The position numbers and the translations under genes were made by a program. From positions 115,384,001 through 115,448,000 of the forward strand of contig NC_058373.1 of the NCBI RefSeq assembly GCF_018350175.1: a DNA stretch of 64,000 bases, written 5' to 3'. Shown here in pieces: positions 12,801-26,520 of this stretch; positions within the stretch are counted from its first letter, which is position 1, and each line of letters begins with the position of its first letter. The notes beneath the pieces are model-generated. The model was not told the origin of the DNA, did not search any database, and saw only the letters and a list, made by a program, of their open reading frames with translations. The stretch comes from Felis catus. Its lineage: Eukaryota.

Positions 12801-13475
12801 GATTGGGGCATTCAGTGGCCCACAGCTGTCATTATTCAAGGGTGGCCCTTTTGCTTTGGGACCTCCTGTGCTGGACGAGGGAGAGACGCCGCTGGCTGTC
12901 TCCTGGTGACCACAGGAGTGGTGATGGGAAGGAGGGAGCGAGCCTAGGTGCCCTGTCAGGACCAAAAGCTTTGAGGGGACGGGGACACCGGTTCTCCTTC
13001 TGTCGCCCTGCAAGGAGTTCGAGCAATTGTGAGATAAGAGGCACAAGATGAGACCAGCCTTGGGTCGCACTTTTCAGACTTCTTGAAGACACTTACATTA
13101 AACCAAACCACACTTTTACTATGTGTAGGGTTCGCATACTGCGGTATGCAAAGCAGAACGTTGAAATTGATAGGATCCTCTGGGTTTTGCCCATAGAGGG
13201 GCATAGACAGGGGAAAAAAAAGAGCATAGTTTTATTGAGAAATGCATCCTTAAGATAAAGTTTTTATTTTATTCATTAATTCAGGCAAGTGACCCTTACT
13301 GGAAAGAATGAGGTCTAAAAGTGTTTAAAGAGGTCGTATTTACTTCTTGTGAGATTCAGATGGTGATCGTAGAGTTGTGATCGCATTGTTTTCTCATTAG
13401 AAACATTCGTTGTAGCCATCCCCATAAGACAAATAAAAGACTTTTTTGAGTATAGTTAGGAACAGTTGTACTGTT

Positions 13476-13703
13476 TAAAATTTTTTTTTAACATTTATTT
13501 ATTTTGAGAGAGAGAGAGAGAGAGAGAGAGAGGCAGAGTGTGAGCAGGGGAGGGGCAGAGAGGGAGGGAGACACAGAATCTGAAGCAGGCCCCAGGCTCT
13601 GAGCTGTCAGCACAGAGCCTGACGCGGGGCTCGAACTCATGAGCCATGAGATCATGACCTGAGCCAGTCAGTGGCCCAACTGCCTGAGCCACCCAGGAGC
13701 TCC
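13476..13703 (-). mobile_element. CAN-SINE (SINEC_Fc-like)
   Basis: T-rich tail, long (GA)n and reverse-complemented head. Confidence 0.92.
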
Positions 13704-14027
13704 TGTTTTTTAATTTATAACTTTACAGAACAAATATTTTCCACTTCTTTTTGCCGTGGCTCTTGATGATAGTGCTGTGTGGGTTGAAAATCAGCGTAAT
13801 AGGAAATCAGAAAGAAATGCGCCCACACAAATGTAAAATACAAAGGAAAGTGACTACTTTACAAGTTGCACAAAGTTGAACTTTACTTGGAAAACAATCC
13901 CTAGGATCTCCAATGAGAATAAGCATCTGATTTGAATTGATAACAGAAGTAATAATATAATGATTTCTAAGATTTATCAAGAACCTTTAATGTGCCAACC
14001 TATTCTTTTATCTTCAGATCAACCTTT

Positions 14028-14249
14028 TTTTTTTATTAAAAAAAATTTTTTAAAGATTTATTTATTTTTGAGAGACAGAGCATGAGCGGGGGAGGGGCAG
14101 AGAGAGGGAGGGAGACACAGAATCCGAAGCAGGCTCCAGGCTCTGAGCCGTCAGCACAGAGCGTGATCCGGGGCATGAACTTGCAAACCATGAGATCATG
14201 ACCTGAGCTGAAGTCGGACGCTTAACCGACTGAGCCACTCAGCCGCCCC
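14028..14249 (-). mobile_element. CAN-SINE (SINEC_Fc-like) inserted in a MIR relic
   Basis: TSD cagatcaaccttt at 14015-14027 and 14250-14262; MIR core cacagatgaggaaacagag follows. Confidence 0.93.
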
Positions 14250-14987
14250 CAGATCAACCTTTGATAGGAACCACTCTATTTCCTTGTCTTCACAGATGAG
14301 GAAACAGAGATTCATAGAGGTAAGTACCTTGGATGAGGCCCACAGTTCAGGGATGGGATCCCGGGTCTGTCTATCCAGTCTGTACTCCACATGGCATATG
14401 CGTGCTACACATGCATTTTCTGCCAGGTACAGGTGACTTTCCAAACAACACCTTTACTGTGTCCTGTGAAAGGCTCAGATTTGGTTTCTGTTAAAAAACA
14501 TCACAGCTGCCTGATAGTCGGGGCAGTGAGCGAGTCTGGTATACATCTTCCCCCCAGCTCATAAATGAGGACTGCCCTCCCCCCCCCACCCCCCATCAGA
14601 AATAGAATGGCATGGACTCTGAACTCTGTGCCTGATGTTTTTACCTGCTGAGAGCAGCTCCCAGCCAGGTGAGATGAGGAGACGGGGCAGAGCTGGACTA
14701 CGGGGGCTGGAAGTGTTGGGTCCTGGGAAGGTTGCTGCTGGGGACCAGGTGCTGTGGCCTGTGAAGGATCCAGACTCTTTGTTTCTCCCCACTCTGCCCC
14801 ACTGCCCTCTTGTACCATTTTTCTTTAAGGGGGTGGTCAGGAGAAGGTGAGAATGTGGTGGCCGGGTGGTAGGAGTCTGTATTTTCTTGACTCAGTTGTG
14901 CAAGGACATAACCATGTCAGAGTGAATTTTTAAGATTCTGAGTGTTGAGATGCCTGGGTGGCTCAGTCAGTTGAATGTTTGACTCTT

Positions 14988-15192
14988 TAAATTTTTTTTA
15001 AGTTTATTTATTTTGACAGAGAGAAAGAGAACGTGAGCAAGGGAGGGGCAGAGAGAGAGGGAGAGAGAGAATCCCCAGCAGGCTTCAAGCTGTCAGCACA
15101 GAGCCTGATGTGGGACTCGTACCTACAAACCAGGAACTCATGAGGTGAAATCAAGAGTCAGACGCTTAACCGATTGAGCCACCCAGGTGTCC
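14988..15192 (-). mobile_element. CAN-SINE nested antisense within another SINE
   Basis: Degenerate TSD tgaatgtttgactctt (14972-14987) / tgagtgtttaactgtt (15193-15208). Confidence 0.88.
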
Positions 15193-15286
15193 TGAGTGTT
15201 TAACTGTTGATATCAGCTCAGGTCATGATCACATAGTTCATGAGATCGAGCCCCGCATCGGGATGACAGCTTGGAGCCTGCTTGGG

Positions 15287-15407
<121 letters not shown>

Positions 15408-15488
15408 CTCTCTCTCTGTCTCTCTCTCTGGTCCTCCCCTGTGTGTGTTCTCTTTCCCCAAATAAATAAATAAGCTTAAAAAAAAATT

Positions 15489-15682
15489 GAGGTGCCTGAA
15501 TGGCTCAGTTGGTTAGGCCTCCGACTCTTGGTTTCGTGAGTTTGAGACCCATAGCAGACTCCGGGCTGGCAACAGGGAGCCTGCTTGGGATTCTCTCTCT
15601 CCCATCTCTCTCTGCCCCGCCCCCACTCATGCTATTTCCGTCTCTCTCAAAATAAATAAAACTTTAAAAAATTAAAATTAAA
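15489..15682 (+). mobile_element. CAN-SINE with an internal deletion, in the tail of the preceding SINE
   Basis: gaggtgcctgaatggctcagttggttagg...ctctctcaaaataaataaaactttaaaaaa. Confidence 0.88.
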
Positions 15683-16244
15683 TAAAATTCTGAGTCTTTA
15701 TGTAGCCCAAAGTTAGATCAGGGAACGGTCGTGGGTCCTCACACGGTGCTTTGGCCTGTGATATTGTGGAGTCATAAGTCTGGGCTTGGATTCTGACTGT
15801 GTGGCCTGGAGCAATCGCTTAACTTCTCTGAGCTCCAGTTTGCTCATCTGCAAAGTGGAACGGAAAACATAACCTCTTGGGTCATTGTTAGGACTGATGA
15901 CAGTAATTTGTGTAAGATGTCCAGCACTGTACCTGGCACTCACAAGTGCTACATTAGATGAGGATTCGCCCCTAAATTTATTTCTGCTATGGCCTCTTCC
16001 CCTCTAACTTTTGCTCTGAGGGCTTTGAAATTGTAGCTGTGCAATTACGTGTTTTCTAGTCTAGGTTATATAAATACACTCTTCTTTCTTGGAATTTCTG
16101 TGCTAAAAAGTATAGTTTTTAGGCAGTTTTTTGGTGGATGCCGAGACTCTAACAGATTTAGATCTGGCATAGAGAATCTATTTGAAGCAAAAAACTTCTA
16201 CCTTAAGCCTCTTCTTCCAAGATGCTTTAAAATGCATCAGGGCT

Positions 16245-16487
16245 GGGCGCCTGGGTGGCTCAGTTGGTTAAGCACCAACTTTGGCTCAGGTCATGATCTC
16301 ACGGTTTGTGGGTTCGAGACCCGCATCGGGCTCTGTGCTGACAGCTCAGAGCCTGGAGTCTGCTTCTCCAGGCTCCAGGAGGGATTCTGTGTCTCCCTCT
16401 CTGTGTCCGCCCCTCCCTCGCTCATGCTCTATTTCTCTCTGTCTCTCAAAAATAAATAAACATTAAAAAGAATTAAAAAAAAATAAA
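16245..16487 (+). mobile_element. CAN-SINE (SINEC_Fc-like)
   Basis: Perfect TSD taaaatgcatcagggct at 16228-16244 and 16488-16504. Confidence 0.95.
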
Positions 16488-19400
16488 TAAAATGCATCAG
16501 GGCTTAGGAGGATATATCTATTGAGGTAAAAGAAAGCAGTTTAGAAATTGTCTTCTTCTGTTTTCCCTACAAGGATAGTTTCTTGTACAACACCAGGCAT
16601 TCCAGCACATTACCCTTAGCCCTATCCTCTTGGAGGCCAGGCTGGGAAACACAGTCATCCCCGGATCTTGACACAACCTGAGTGCACTGGCTAGCTTGAG
16701 CAGCATCCGGAGTTAGTCTGAGGGCCTCACGAGTCCCTCTTCCAGAAAAGCCTCTGGGTTCTCCTTAGGGTCAATCTGTTTTTCTGGATCAGCTGAAGAA
16801 TAGCATTGTCTTTTGTGGGGGGGGGGGCAGTCGTGTTGTGATTCAGACCCAGAAGAACCTTCTGCAAAGAGTTTGCCACATGTGGGTGGCATATCCTACT
16901 TCGGCTGACCCCATCCTTGAAGTCTGTGCCTGGGTCCTGACTGTAACCTGATGGCGCCAAGGGCTTCCAAGGACGGCATCTGTATGTGAAATAGGAACTG
17001 CGGGATCGTAGAGACTCAGCACACCCCGTGAGGGTGGGGACTGGGCCAGTGTGTTCCACGCAATGTGCCCGGTGCCCAGCGCCGTGCCTGGCTCATAGAG
17101 GGGTTAATAAATTTCTGTCCAATGAATGAATGCAGCAGGTTGGGGAGAAGGTTGCAAAACTGCCTTATAGGTTTTGGTTTGTTTTGCAAGGAAGTACATG
17201 CAAGGACATTTTTGTTCTAAAGGCAGTTTTCAGGCATGATGGGAGAGCAGAGAGCCCTCTGCTTCCCTCTCGTACACCTGGTGCTGGAGCTGCTCGTTCT
17301 GCAAAGCCTTATTTTTAGCCATGTGATTTTTCATTCCTCTCCCATACGCCCAGATGACAGCATAGTCACCACCCTTCATCACCCTGCATTGTGATGGTTG
17401 GTGCAGGTGCACGTGTGCCTTTCAAAGGCTGCTGGAGGCTGCTGGCAGATTCCTGTCACAGCGCTGCTTGGGACTGGAAGATGGGAGTTCATTCTGACCT
17501 GACCTGTGAGATTCAGCGTTCCTTCTGTAGAGAAGGCTGGACTGCCTGCTGTGCAACCTGAACCACGGAGGGAGACCACCTGGTGACCAGGCTGTTGCCT
17601 GGATGGATGCTGCCGAAGGGTCATGTGGGCCCGGCGTGACACCCTCTGGAAAGTTCTGCCCCTGCTTATGGGAGCTGTGTGTGTGATACGGAAGAACAGG
17701 AAACCTGATCAGACTCCGGGAGAGAAAGGAGCCAAGAGGAAAGAACCTTGTCCTCCCACTTCATGCGGAGGCAAGCTTCTCGCAGTCCCTAGCCTCATGT
17801 GGGCCTGTGGCTGTCAGGCTTTGATGAGCCTGAGGGAACACCAGAGTTCACGGTAGAGCTTCGGGGGCAGCTGTGCTTAAGGGGCAGGTCCAGATCCATC
17901 TATCTGGATTTTTGTGTGTGCTCCATCCCCAATCTCCTAATAGGAAACTTGGAAAATAAAAAGTACAAAGGAAAAAAACAAACCTATTTGTGTTTCTACC
18001 ATTTAGAGATAGCCACTATTAACGTTTTGGTGTATTTCCTTCTATCTTTCGTTGCCCCTCCCTGGAGCGGAAGATATACATATGTATATACGTGCACATG
18101 TGTGTATTATATGTGTGCATATATATGCATGTGTATGTGTGTATATATTCACATGTCTATTATCTATATCTAGCTGTCTACACACGTATATATTTGATAT
18201 TCTGTTTTGGTTTTACCGAACTTTATATTGTGAACATTTCCTTGGCTAATAAAAAGTCTTGAGAACCCCTTTGGAGGCTGGATTAAAAGTCTTCGGTGCT
18301 GAGTCTTTGTGGGCATTGGACATCATACATCACGTCAGAAAGCCCGAGAAGTCCCAATCCTTAGGGATGTGCAGGCTTGCTTGGTGCGTCCTGAGGCTCT
18401 CCCAGGTAGATTCAGCCTGCCCTCTGCTATGTCATTTCCACAGGCTTGCTTACCAGACACAAGCTGCTTGTTGCAAAGGTAGATGTCCTCCCCATCGTGT
18501 TGTCTGACCTGGTGTTTGAGGGAAATATTATGAATGTCTGGACTAAAAGAAAAAGATCCTCCAAAGTCAAATACAGGCTTTATCCTTAAAAGAAAGACTT
18601 TCTCTGTGCCCAGAAACCAGAGGGGTTGGAAAGCGGAAGAACCATTCTCTCTCTCCCTTAGGAGTGGGCTTGCTTTGGTTTTCCACTAATCTTCCATTCC
18701 TGCCTGTAGAATTTGACATGGTTCTATTTACTTTTCCTTGGCCCAGTTTGGGTCAACAGGATTTCTCTCCTGCCCAGAACAGCCTCACACTTGTGTGAAG
18801 TAAGATGTGAGCCTGGGCTCTGGACAGCAGTAATTAATCCTTGTCTGAGTGACAACAGTGGGGATTTTCAGCCCAAGATGGTCTGACAGCACCAGGTTTT
18901 TACATGGCGCATGGGAATCCCACGTGGGCCAAACTATTTCTTCTTCCCTTTCGTCTGTAAGTGACTTTGCGGGCTGTGTGTGTGTGTGCGCGCATGCACG
19001 CGCCTATGTCTGAGCGCGCGTGCGTGCGTGCGTGTGTGTGTGTGTGTGTGGGTGTGCTTGGTGATCTGGTGCCCAGAACCAGTATAGCAGGATCTCAAGA
19101 TGACTGTGGAAATAGCAATAAAAGGACACACACAGTGGAAGCACACACAGCCCAGCATAATTCGATGACATAGCAAGCCTGGGATTTCCTCTTTGGTTTG
19201 TTTCAGTCTGTACTTGCTCAGCTTTCATCCCCAGGGCTTAGTGCTGGGAGGGAGTGGATTTCCTCAAGTGCTGTGGATAAAGTGCTTCTTCCTCTGTTAT
19301 CTCCCTTGTCGGTATAAATTGCTCCACCGTGTCTGTGGTTACGAAGATGAGCCTATACAAATGCCATTGTATCTTGACCAAATGAGACCGGCATTACGAT

Positions 19401-22400
19401 GACATTTTTCTTCATGATAATCCCATGACCTTGGAAGTACACCGGTTTCCCCATTTAGTTATTATGGAGCCATGAAGTAGTTCCCAGGGTGTAATACTCC
19501 TGCCTCTTCCTCCCACCATGTTTAGACTTAGTGTGGAAGTCTTTTATCTTGGGTGGGCCGTGGTGGGGCTGGTTTGGGGCCCTTTGTGCTGATAATGGGA
19601 GCAGTCAGTGGTTAAGAGTCGCAGGATTCACTGTGACAAATGTGAGTGGACAAATATCTCCTAAGGTCAGAAAACTAATAGTAGCAGCACCAGGAATCCC
19701 AACTGGTGGGCTTGAGAGGGTTAAAGGCGGCCCAGGGGCTGGATGAGAGAGGAGACTTGGCCAACACAAAAGTCTGTCTTTCAGGTGAAGCGGGTTAGTC
19801 CTAAAGGAGGCTTGTAGGCTTCTTCACCACCCAGGTTGCTAGAGGGGGACTGTTGGGGTGAGGGGTGGGGGCAGAGAGCACTCTATGTGAGGGGGGGGCT
19901 CACTTGGCACAACTGGCCTGTTGTAGGAGGGACAAGGAGTGTCTGATCATGACTTCTGTGGATGGTGTGAGGGCTCACTAAATAGGGTCTCAATTCACCT
20001 CTTTGGGGAACATATTGTTACATCTGAGAGTGCAGGGTAAATCCACCAGGAGAGGGAAATAGACTTCCAGTGCTGTTGCTTTTTCAAGTAACTTAGTTAG
20101 CGGCTCTCTTCTTCAACGTGCTTGACCCTAGACCCTTGAACAAAAGCTAGTGATTATGCACCCCGCTGAAGATACTTCCAAGTGTTTGTGCATGTGCACA
20201 CACGTGTGTACAGGCATCCATACTGTGGATATACTCATACCTCAGTCACGAACAGGTTCAGTTGACTAGCTCTTTTCTGGGGGAGACTATCCAACTCCCA
20301 CCTACCTCAAAACTCTCCAGCCTACTCTGGGCCAAGTGTTGTTAGCTTTATTTCAGCCATGTTATGAGTTACTGAGGCATTTTGTTGACCAGCCTGGGAG
20401 CCTGACGATCATACGCAGTGTCACTGTTTTGGAAAATTGATCTCCAGATTTTCATTTGGCCTTCACAAATTCTTCCTAAGCTTGGGGCTGCTTGTTTTGA
20501 CTCCCACAGCCTGCTAAGTAGACTTCACTCCCGTTAGCGTCTATTCCTACAACTGGTATTTCCAAACCTCTTCTGCCTGTGATTACAAAATGGTGCCACA
20601 TTTACCTTTACTCTCAAATTGCAATGACTTCAAGACCCTCATCTACTCAAACAGCATTGGGGTGCTTTAAATATTTCCACAAATTGGTCATGATTTTCCC
20701 CTTTGCCCAAAGGAACCTCATTGCTGGCAGTTCCCACCATGAGAACACCAGCATCTGTGCCAATGGAACTCTCTCCAGCTGCGGCCAAAGCTGTTGATTC
20801 AGTTGCCAGAGCAGGGCTGGGTTTCATGCACAAGTGGGGGAAAGACCTGCCTCATTTCTGTGTCTCTTTGTCACCTAGGCCCTCAAGTAGCTCTGTGCAT
20901 GCCTAGAATCTCTCAGAGTGTTCTTGAGTCTCTTGAACAGCCTTGTCAGATTCTTCACCTCCCACTTTGCCCAGAATCCCTTCAAGTCTTTTGTGAAAAC
21001 AATTCTGTTTTGGGACCTTGTCCTTCCAACCAGAGGGGCTCAGTCACTGCCCAGCACCCAGCTATATGGGGACTGACCCCAGCTAACCCCCAGCCCCATA
21101 GTTGGTAGCTCTGATCCTGACCAATCTCCTCACTCATTACCCCCCCGCTCCCCATTGTAAAACACATGTAACATATCACATAAAATGCTGCTGGTGACAG
21201 TGGGACAGAATATGGGGGGGGGGCGGGGCCAGGGTGTGCAGCCTTGTCTGGTTCCCACTGCCACTAGCCAGGATGTTCAGTGACGTGTTAGTCCATTCTT
21301 AGTAACACCCAGTGAAAACTTGGAGCATGTCACTGGACGGAGCCTGTAAGAATGTTCAGGATAACCTTGTAAGGAGCCACTCCCCTTGGCAGAATCCATT
21401 GCTGTTGCCAGGTGGAGAGATAGTGCTAATTTAGCAGATCCTTACTACCAGATGTGTGTGTCTCTTTGATTGAAGGGCTGGGCATCTAGACCCAAGCAGG
21501 CACTTAGGAGCTCCTTCCCTGTGCTCTTGGCTTTGCATCCAAGTCTGGGTTCTGTCTGTAACCCACCATCTCTTGGGTACAGTCCAAATACAAGACCACT
21601 TTGTTGCTCCTTATTAGCCATCAACTTAACCTTTACTTATTTTTTCCCCAGTGCTTGTGGGCTGAGAGAAGTGAAAAAAATGTGGGTCCTGGGTCCTGGA
21701 GAGTGCCGTGTTTATTTGGAGTGACGGAGTTTTTATTTATGCTGGTGGCAGAGATGGGGGGCAGATAGGCAGGTGACTCTCCACGCCCTCACTTCATAAG
21801 TTCACTGGCTAGTATTTAGTGATGAGGAGTGCAAGCAGGAAATAAAAATCAATGCTGTTTGCCTCTGATTGAAAGGCTGATTCCCTGTTTGTGACCAGGG
21901 AGGGCTGAAAACGAGACGGTTTTTAAGCTGTAAGGACTCCACTCATTCAAAAAGATATTTTTATCTCCACTCATCCTCCATTTCTTCTTCCTTGCCAACG
22001 TGCATGCCTGTGGCACCCCACGTGTCCCTTCATCGCCTGTGGGAGTCCAACAGGGCTGTGACAGAGTCCACAGACCATCCCCCCTGGGCAGCAAGCACGC
22101 CTACTCTCTACAGACAGCTGTTTGGTTCCTGATGCTCTTAGCTCATCCAGTGGCCTTCCCCGGCCACTTCCTTGGCCCCAGTATGCCCCCCTTTCTCCCT
22201 TCCTGCTGCATGTAGCTACCATAACTTCCCGATCAGTCTCTGTGGTCTTTCATACCCCTACCAGGGATTTGTCTGACCTTGCCTTTTACTTCCTTCACTG
22301 GCTTCCAATTCTTTAAAACAAACAAACAAAAAAAGACAACTGGGAATTTTCAAGACCCTCCCAACCTGGCCCAAGAGCCTTATTTCTCCCCTAAATGGTC

Positions 22401-22414
22401 ATTTCTAATCTATT

Positions 22415-22603
22415 ATTATTATTATTATTAATCATTTTAAATTTATTTTTGAGAGAGAGCGAGTGGGAGAGAGCCAGAAAGAAGGACACAGGGGATCCGA
22501 AGCAGGCTCTGTGCAGTGAGCTTGAACTCACAGACCGTGAGATCACGACCTGAGCCAAAACCAAGAGTTGGATGCTCAACTGACTGAGCCACCCAGGTGC
22601 CCC
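22415..22603 (-). mobile_element. CAN-SINE, internally deleted, with (ATT)n tail
   Basis: TSD tctaatctatt at 22404-22414 and 22604-22614. Confidence 0.9.
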
Positions 22604-23274
22604 TCTAATCTATTTTTTAAAATGAGTTTGCTTCTTTATTTCCGTGTACCCATCACTGTTGCTTAAGATGCCCTTGCGACATCCCTTCCTGCTTATGGAA
22701 ATTCTTTACAATCCCCTTAATGCCCCCTTCTTTGAGAAATCCCCCTGGATCCTTCTAGTCTGAATGGACCTCTTCCTCTGACCCCCTAGAACAAGGGGGC
22801 AGCTGGTCTGTCCTCAGCACTCAGCATAGTCTGGGGGCAGAATAGGCGCTCAGCAGTTCTTTGCTGAATGGATGCCTCTTTATTCTTTCTTTTCTCCCCT
22901 CTCCTCTTTTCCCCTCTCTCTTCTTTAGAGTTAGCCACACCACATCTCAGACTTCTGGCATCCCATTTTCAAACATGCCTCCCTTTTGTCTGTGACTTAG
23001 TCTTCGCTTCCTGGTCGCTGCTGTTGCAAATGCAATCCCTATGGAGTTAGCTGTGTGCATGCCAGTGTTTGCAACCAGCTCAGCTTTAGGGGGGCAGGGC
23101 CTTTGTTCTTGCTTTTTTTTTTTTTTTTTATAACCTTCAATGCACGGAGCAATGCCTGGTAATTGAGGGAGTGGGCAAAGAAATCTCCAGAAACCTCTTC
23201 GACTGCCTCTGGGAGGTCTGATGTGCCATTCAAAACAAACATGCTTTGGCATTATTTTTCTTTAGTTTTAGGGT

Positions 23275-23555
23275 CATTTTTGGTTATTGAGGTATGATGT
23301 ACGTATAGTAGAAATCGCCCTTATTAGGTGGACACTTTTATGGTCTTTAATGTTTATGTAGTTGTATGACCAGCAACATAACCAAGATAGAGAATATTCC
23401 ACCCACCCCCATTCTCTCACGCTTCTCTGCCTCCTTCCAATCCCTTGGCAATCACTGATATCCGAATAGCTTTGCCTCTTTCCGAATGTCATATACAGGG
23501 AGTCATGCAGTATGTGGCTTTTTGAGTCTGGTTCCTTTCACTTAGAATCACGCTT
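23275..23555 (-). mobile_element. Old L1 (L1MB/ME-type) 3' end fragment
   Basis: ttattgaggtatgatgtac...accaagatagagaatattcc...gcagtatgtggctttttgagtctggttcctttcacttag. Confidence 0.7.
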
Positions 23556-26254
23556 CCTATTTTGGAATTTGATAATGTGGACCCTAACCCACACTTTGTC
23601 TGCCCTGCCTTTCTCATAGATGAGCAGGGGGCACGTAGCGGGGTGTGGATGGGTCTGTGTGAACGGCAAGCATCTGAGTCAGTCCTACCTCTTGTTAGTG
23701 CCTACCTTGTCAGTGCCTCTTTGGACCCAGGGTCCCAGATGCTTTGTCCAACCTACTGACCCTCCCTCCCTTCCTGTCCCCCACTGTGGCACCTGGCCTG
23801 GGACAGCCTTCTCCCCTGGGTCCTGACCGGTCGTCCCCGTAGCGGTGGGGGGCACAGGGGAGGAGGGAAGCTGGGTGGATGGGGTGGGGTGACCACTAAA
23901 TTCCTCCCTTGGGGAGGGGGTGGGAGTGGGGTGACAAAGGTCAGGCCTCTCCTGGCTAAAACAACAGAAGTGGTTCCAGCTGCCGAACAGCTGGAGGGGG
24001 ATGTCTGCTTTCCCTCAGCAGCGTGAAAAGCCCTTTAATCGGGGGGCATGCTGTTGTCAGGCCCCGCGGTGGAAGCGTGTAGAAGAAGAGCAGACACCAC
24101 CGTGGCTGCAGACCTCCCCTTCCCTTTGACCTCCCTTATCTCCCCTCCTCCATCTTCTCGCGCCCCACCCCGCAGCCGCCAGATCGAGACCCTCCGTTGC
24201 ACCTGTGTAAATGCAGTGGTCGTGGGGTCAAGGAAGGGTGAGAGCGAGCTGGCAGAAATAGGGATGTGGACTTTCCATGCAGATGATGGATTAGATAGTG
24301 GGTGGGTGAGTGACATTTTAATGTGAAATTGCTCTTTGTTCCCAAAGACGCAGGCCCCCGGGGGAAAAGACCAAAGCCCGGCTTTGCAGATGGTGAAGCA
24401 AGTGACAAGAGGTGGACAGTCCCTGGCCGGAGAGTAAGAGGCTGAGCTACGGCTCGGCATCTGGAATGTGGTTCTCCAGTCTTTGTTCCAGGCACTGGCT
24501 CTAGGAGTGGCTTTTTTTTTGCCTTTTTCAATGGCAGAGTTACCTCCCGGAAATGCTCTGTGGTGCCTGGGTTCTAAAAACTCGAGCCGGACTTTGAGTC
24601 ACAAACGTGACGGGAAAACATCCCTCCATTGGGAAAGCTCGCTTTGCCTATAGGCCCTTCTCCTCTCCTGCCACCGAGGAGCCAAGGCCGGAGACCCTGC
24701 CTACTGCTACCAGAGCTATCAACAGAGCCCCCTCCGCCCCCAGCCAGCCTTGGGCTCAGTGCTGTACCCTGTGCCAAAGGAGGCAGTGTGGTGTAGCAGA
24801 AGGAGTCTGGCCTTTTAGAGGCAGACAGAAAGAGTGCCCGCCACTTAACTAGCCTGACCCAGCGGGGCCTCGGCCTCCTCCTCATTTATTCAGTCATAAA
24901 TACTTATCGAGTGCCTGCTTGGGGCAAGGCCCCTGCTGGGAACTGGGGATCCGGCGGCGTGGCACCCAAATCTTGCTTCCTGGGCAAGGAACATACAATT
25001 AAACTGCTGGTGACTTAATTGCAGTTGTGACACAGAGCGCAGTGGAAAGCAGAGGCTGTTAAGGAGACTCGTCACAGGGGTCCTGATTGACTTGGGAAGT
25101 CAGTGCCCCAAAGAAGCAGCCTCTGCGCTGAAATTGGAAGGATGGATGGGAGGTATGAGGTTGGGGCCCAGTCCAGGGGAAGGGCCAGCAAGTCCTGAGG
25201 CAGGAACAGCGCAGTGGGGGCTAACCATTCCTATGCGGCTGGGGGCGCGGACGGGAGGGACCTGTACTGTGATACCAATACCGACAGAGCAGGCGCACAG
25301 GTAGGGATCATTCCCCCACCCAGTCCTTCCAAGTAAGTGTTTGCAGTTTGGGCCGGGAAACTCACCATTACTTACAATCTTCATTCGGTGGAAAAGTGAA
25401 TTCAGGGTGCCAAAAATCTGACTTATAAAGGACTCATTGATACCATTATCAGAGTTTTCTACCTTGACACATACTCACTTCGGGCTCAGCAACCCTGGGC
25501 CCCTCAGATTACTGCCTAACTTAGGGAAGGGATAACTTATCTGCAGGGTCGTAGGAAGGCTGGGGGAGGGCCGTGTGAGAAGGATTCCTGCAGGGGCAGC
25601 CTCACCGGGAATGAGTTGCTTGGCTGCTTAATGATGATATCTGCCGTGGGTATATGGGTCCTGTCTCAGCCACTCCGGTACATCCCCTTCAATGTCTTTG
25701 TGACTCCTTTTCCTTTAATTCAAGGGAAAAAAATCCTGTGTTTAATGTACAGCTTTCCTTATCTAATAGATGTTCCTTCAAAGGAAAGACAAGAACAAAC
25801 AGCTTACATTACTCTATGCGTTTGAGAATTTTAAGCTTTTGGCGGTGGTTGGACAAAGATCTCTTTTCACAGTAAGTGATAAAAAAAAAAGGGGGGAGCT
25901 TCTTATCCGGGATATGTTTTAGGTAAGGTTTGTTACTGAACACTGCCTTAGATCGGGCAGTGTTAGGCCCCGTGTATGTAAAGAGACACAGGACACAGTC
26001 CTTCACAGACATATAAACACACGAATGATGGTGCGGTGTGCTGAGGGTTTTGATGGAAATCTGAGCACAATGCAGCAAGAGCTCCAAGGAGCTACTGGTG
26101 GTGTTTAAAACATGAAAACATTTGCTCTTTGGGATGACGAGCTCAGCACAGTACGGAATTTGAACTTGAATGGGGAGAAAACATAGGTGGCAGGGTCAGA
26201 CACCTAGGCAGGAGGTAAAGGACTGAATGAAGTCATTATGGATAAGCGAGAAAA

Positions 26255-26520
26255 GCCTGCTGGAGAGAGAGGCCCAGCCAGCACCATAGTTTTTTCAGAC
26301 GCTCCAACGGAGGCACCAGTGAGTGAAGCCACAGTGGATGTTCCAGCCCCGGACAAGCTCCCAACTGAAGGTAGCCAAATGTGTCACCTCAGCTGACACC
26401 TCGCGGAGCAGAAGAATCTCCCAGCTGAGCCCAGCCAAGCCATGGACTCGAGAGAAATGATCAGTTATTTAAAGTCACTAAGTTCGGGGACGGTTTGCTT
26501 TGCAGCAACAGCTAAGCGAA
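26255..26520 (+). mobile_element. MaLR LTR fragment (MLT1-like)
   Basis: ggagcagaagaatctcccagctgagcccagcc...aaagtcactaagttcggggacggtttgctttgcagcaacagcta resembles an MLT1 3' end. Confidence 0.7.
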
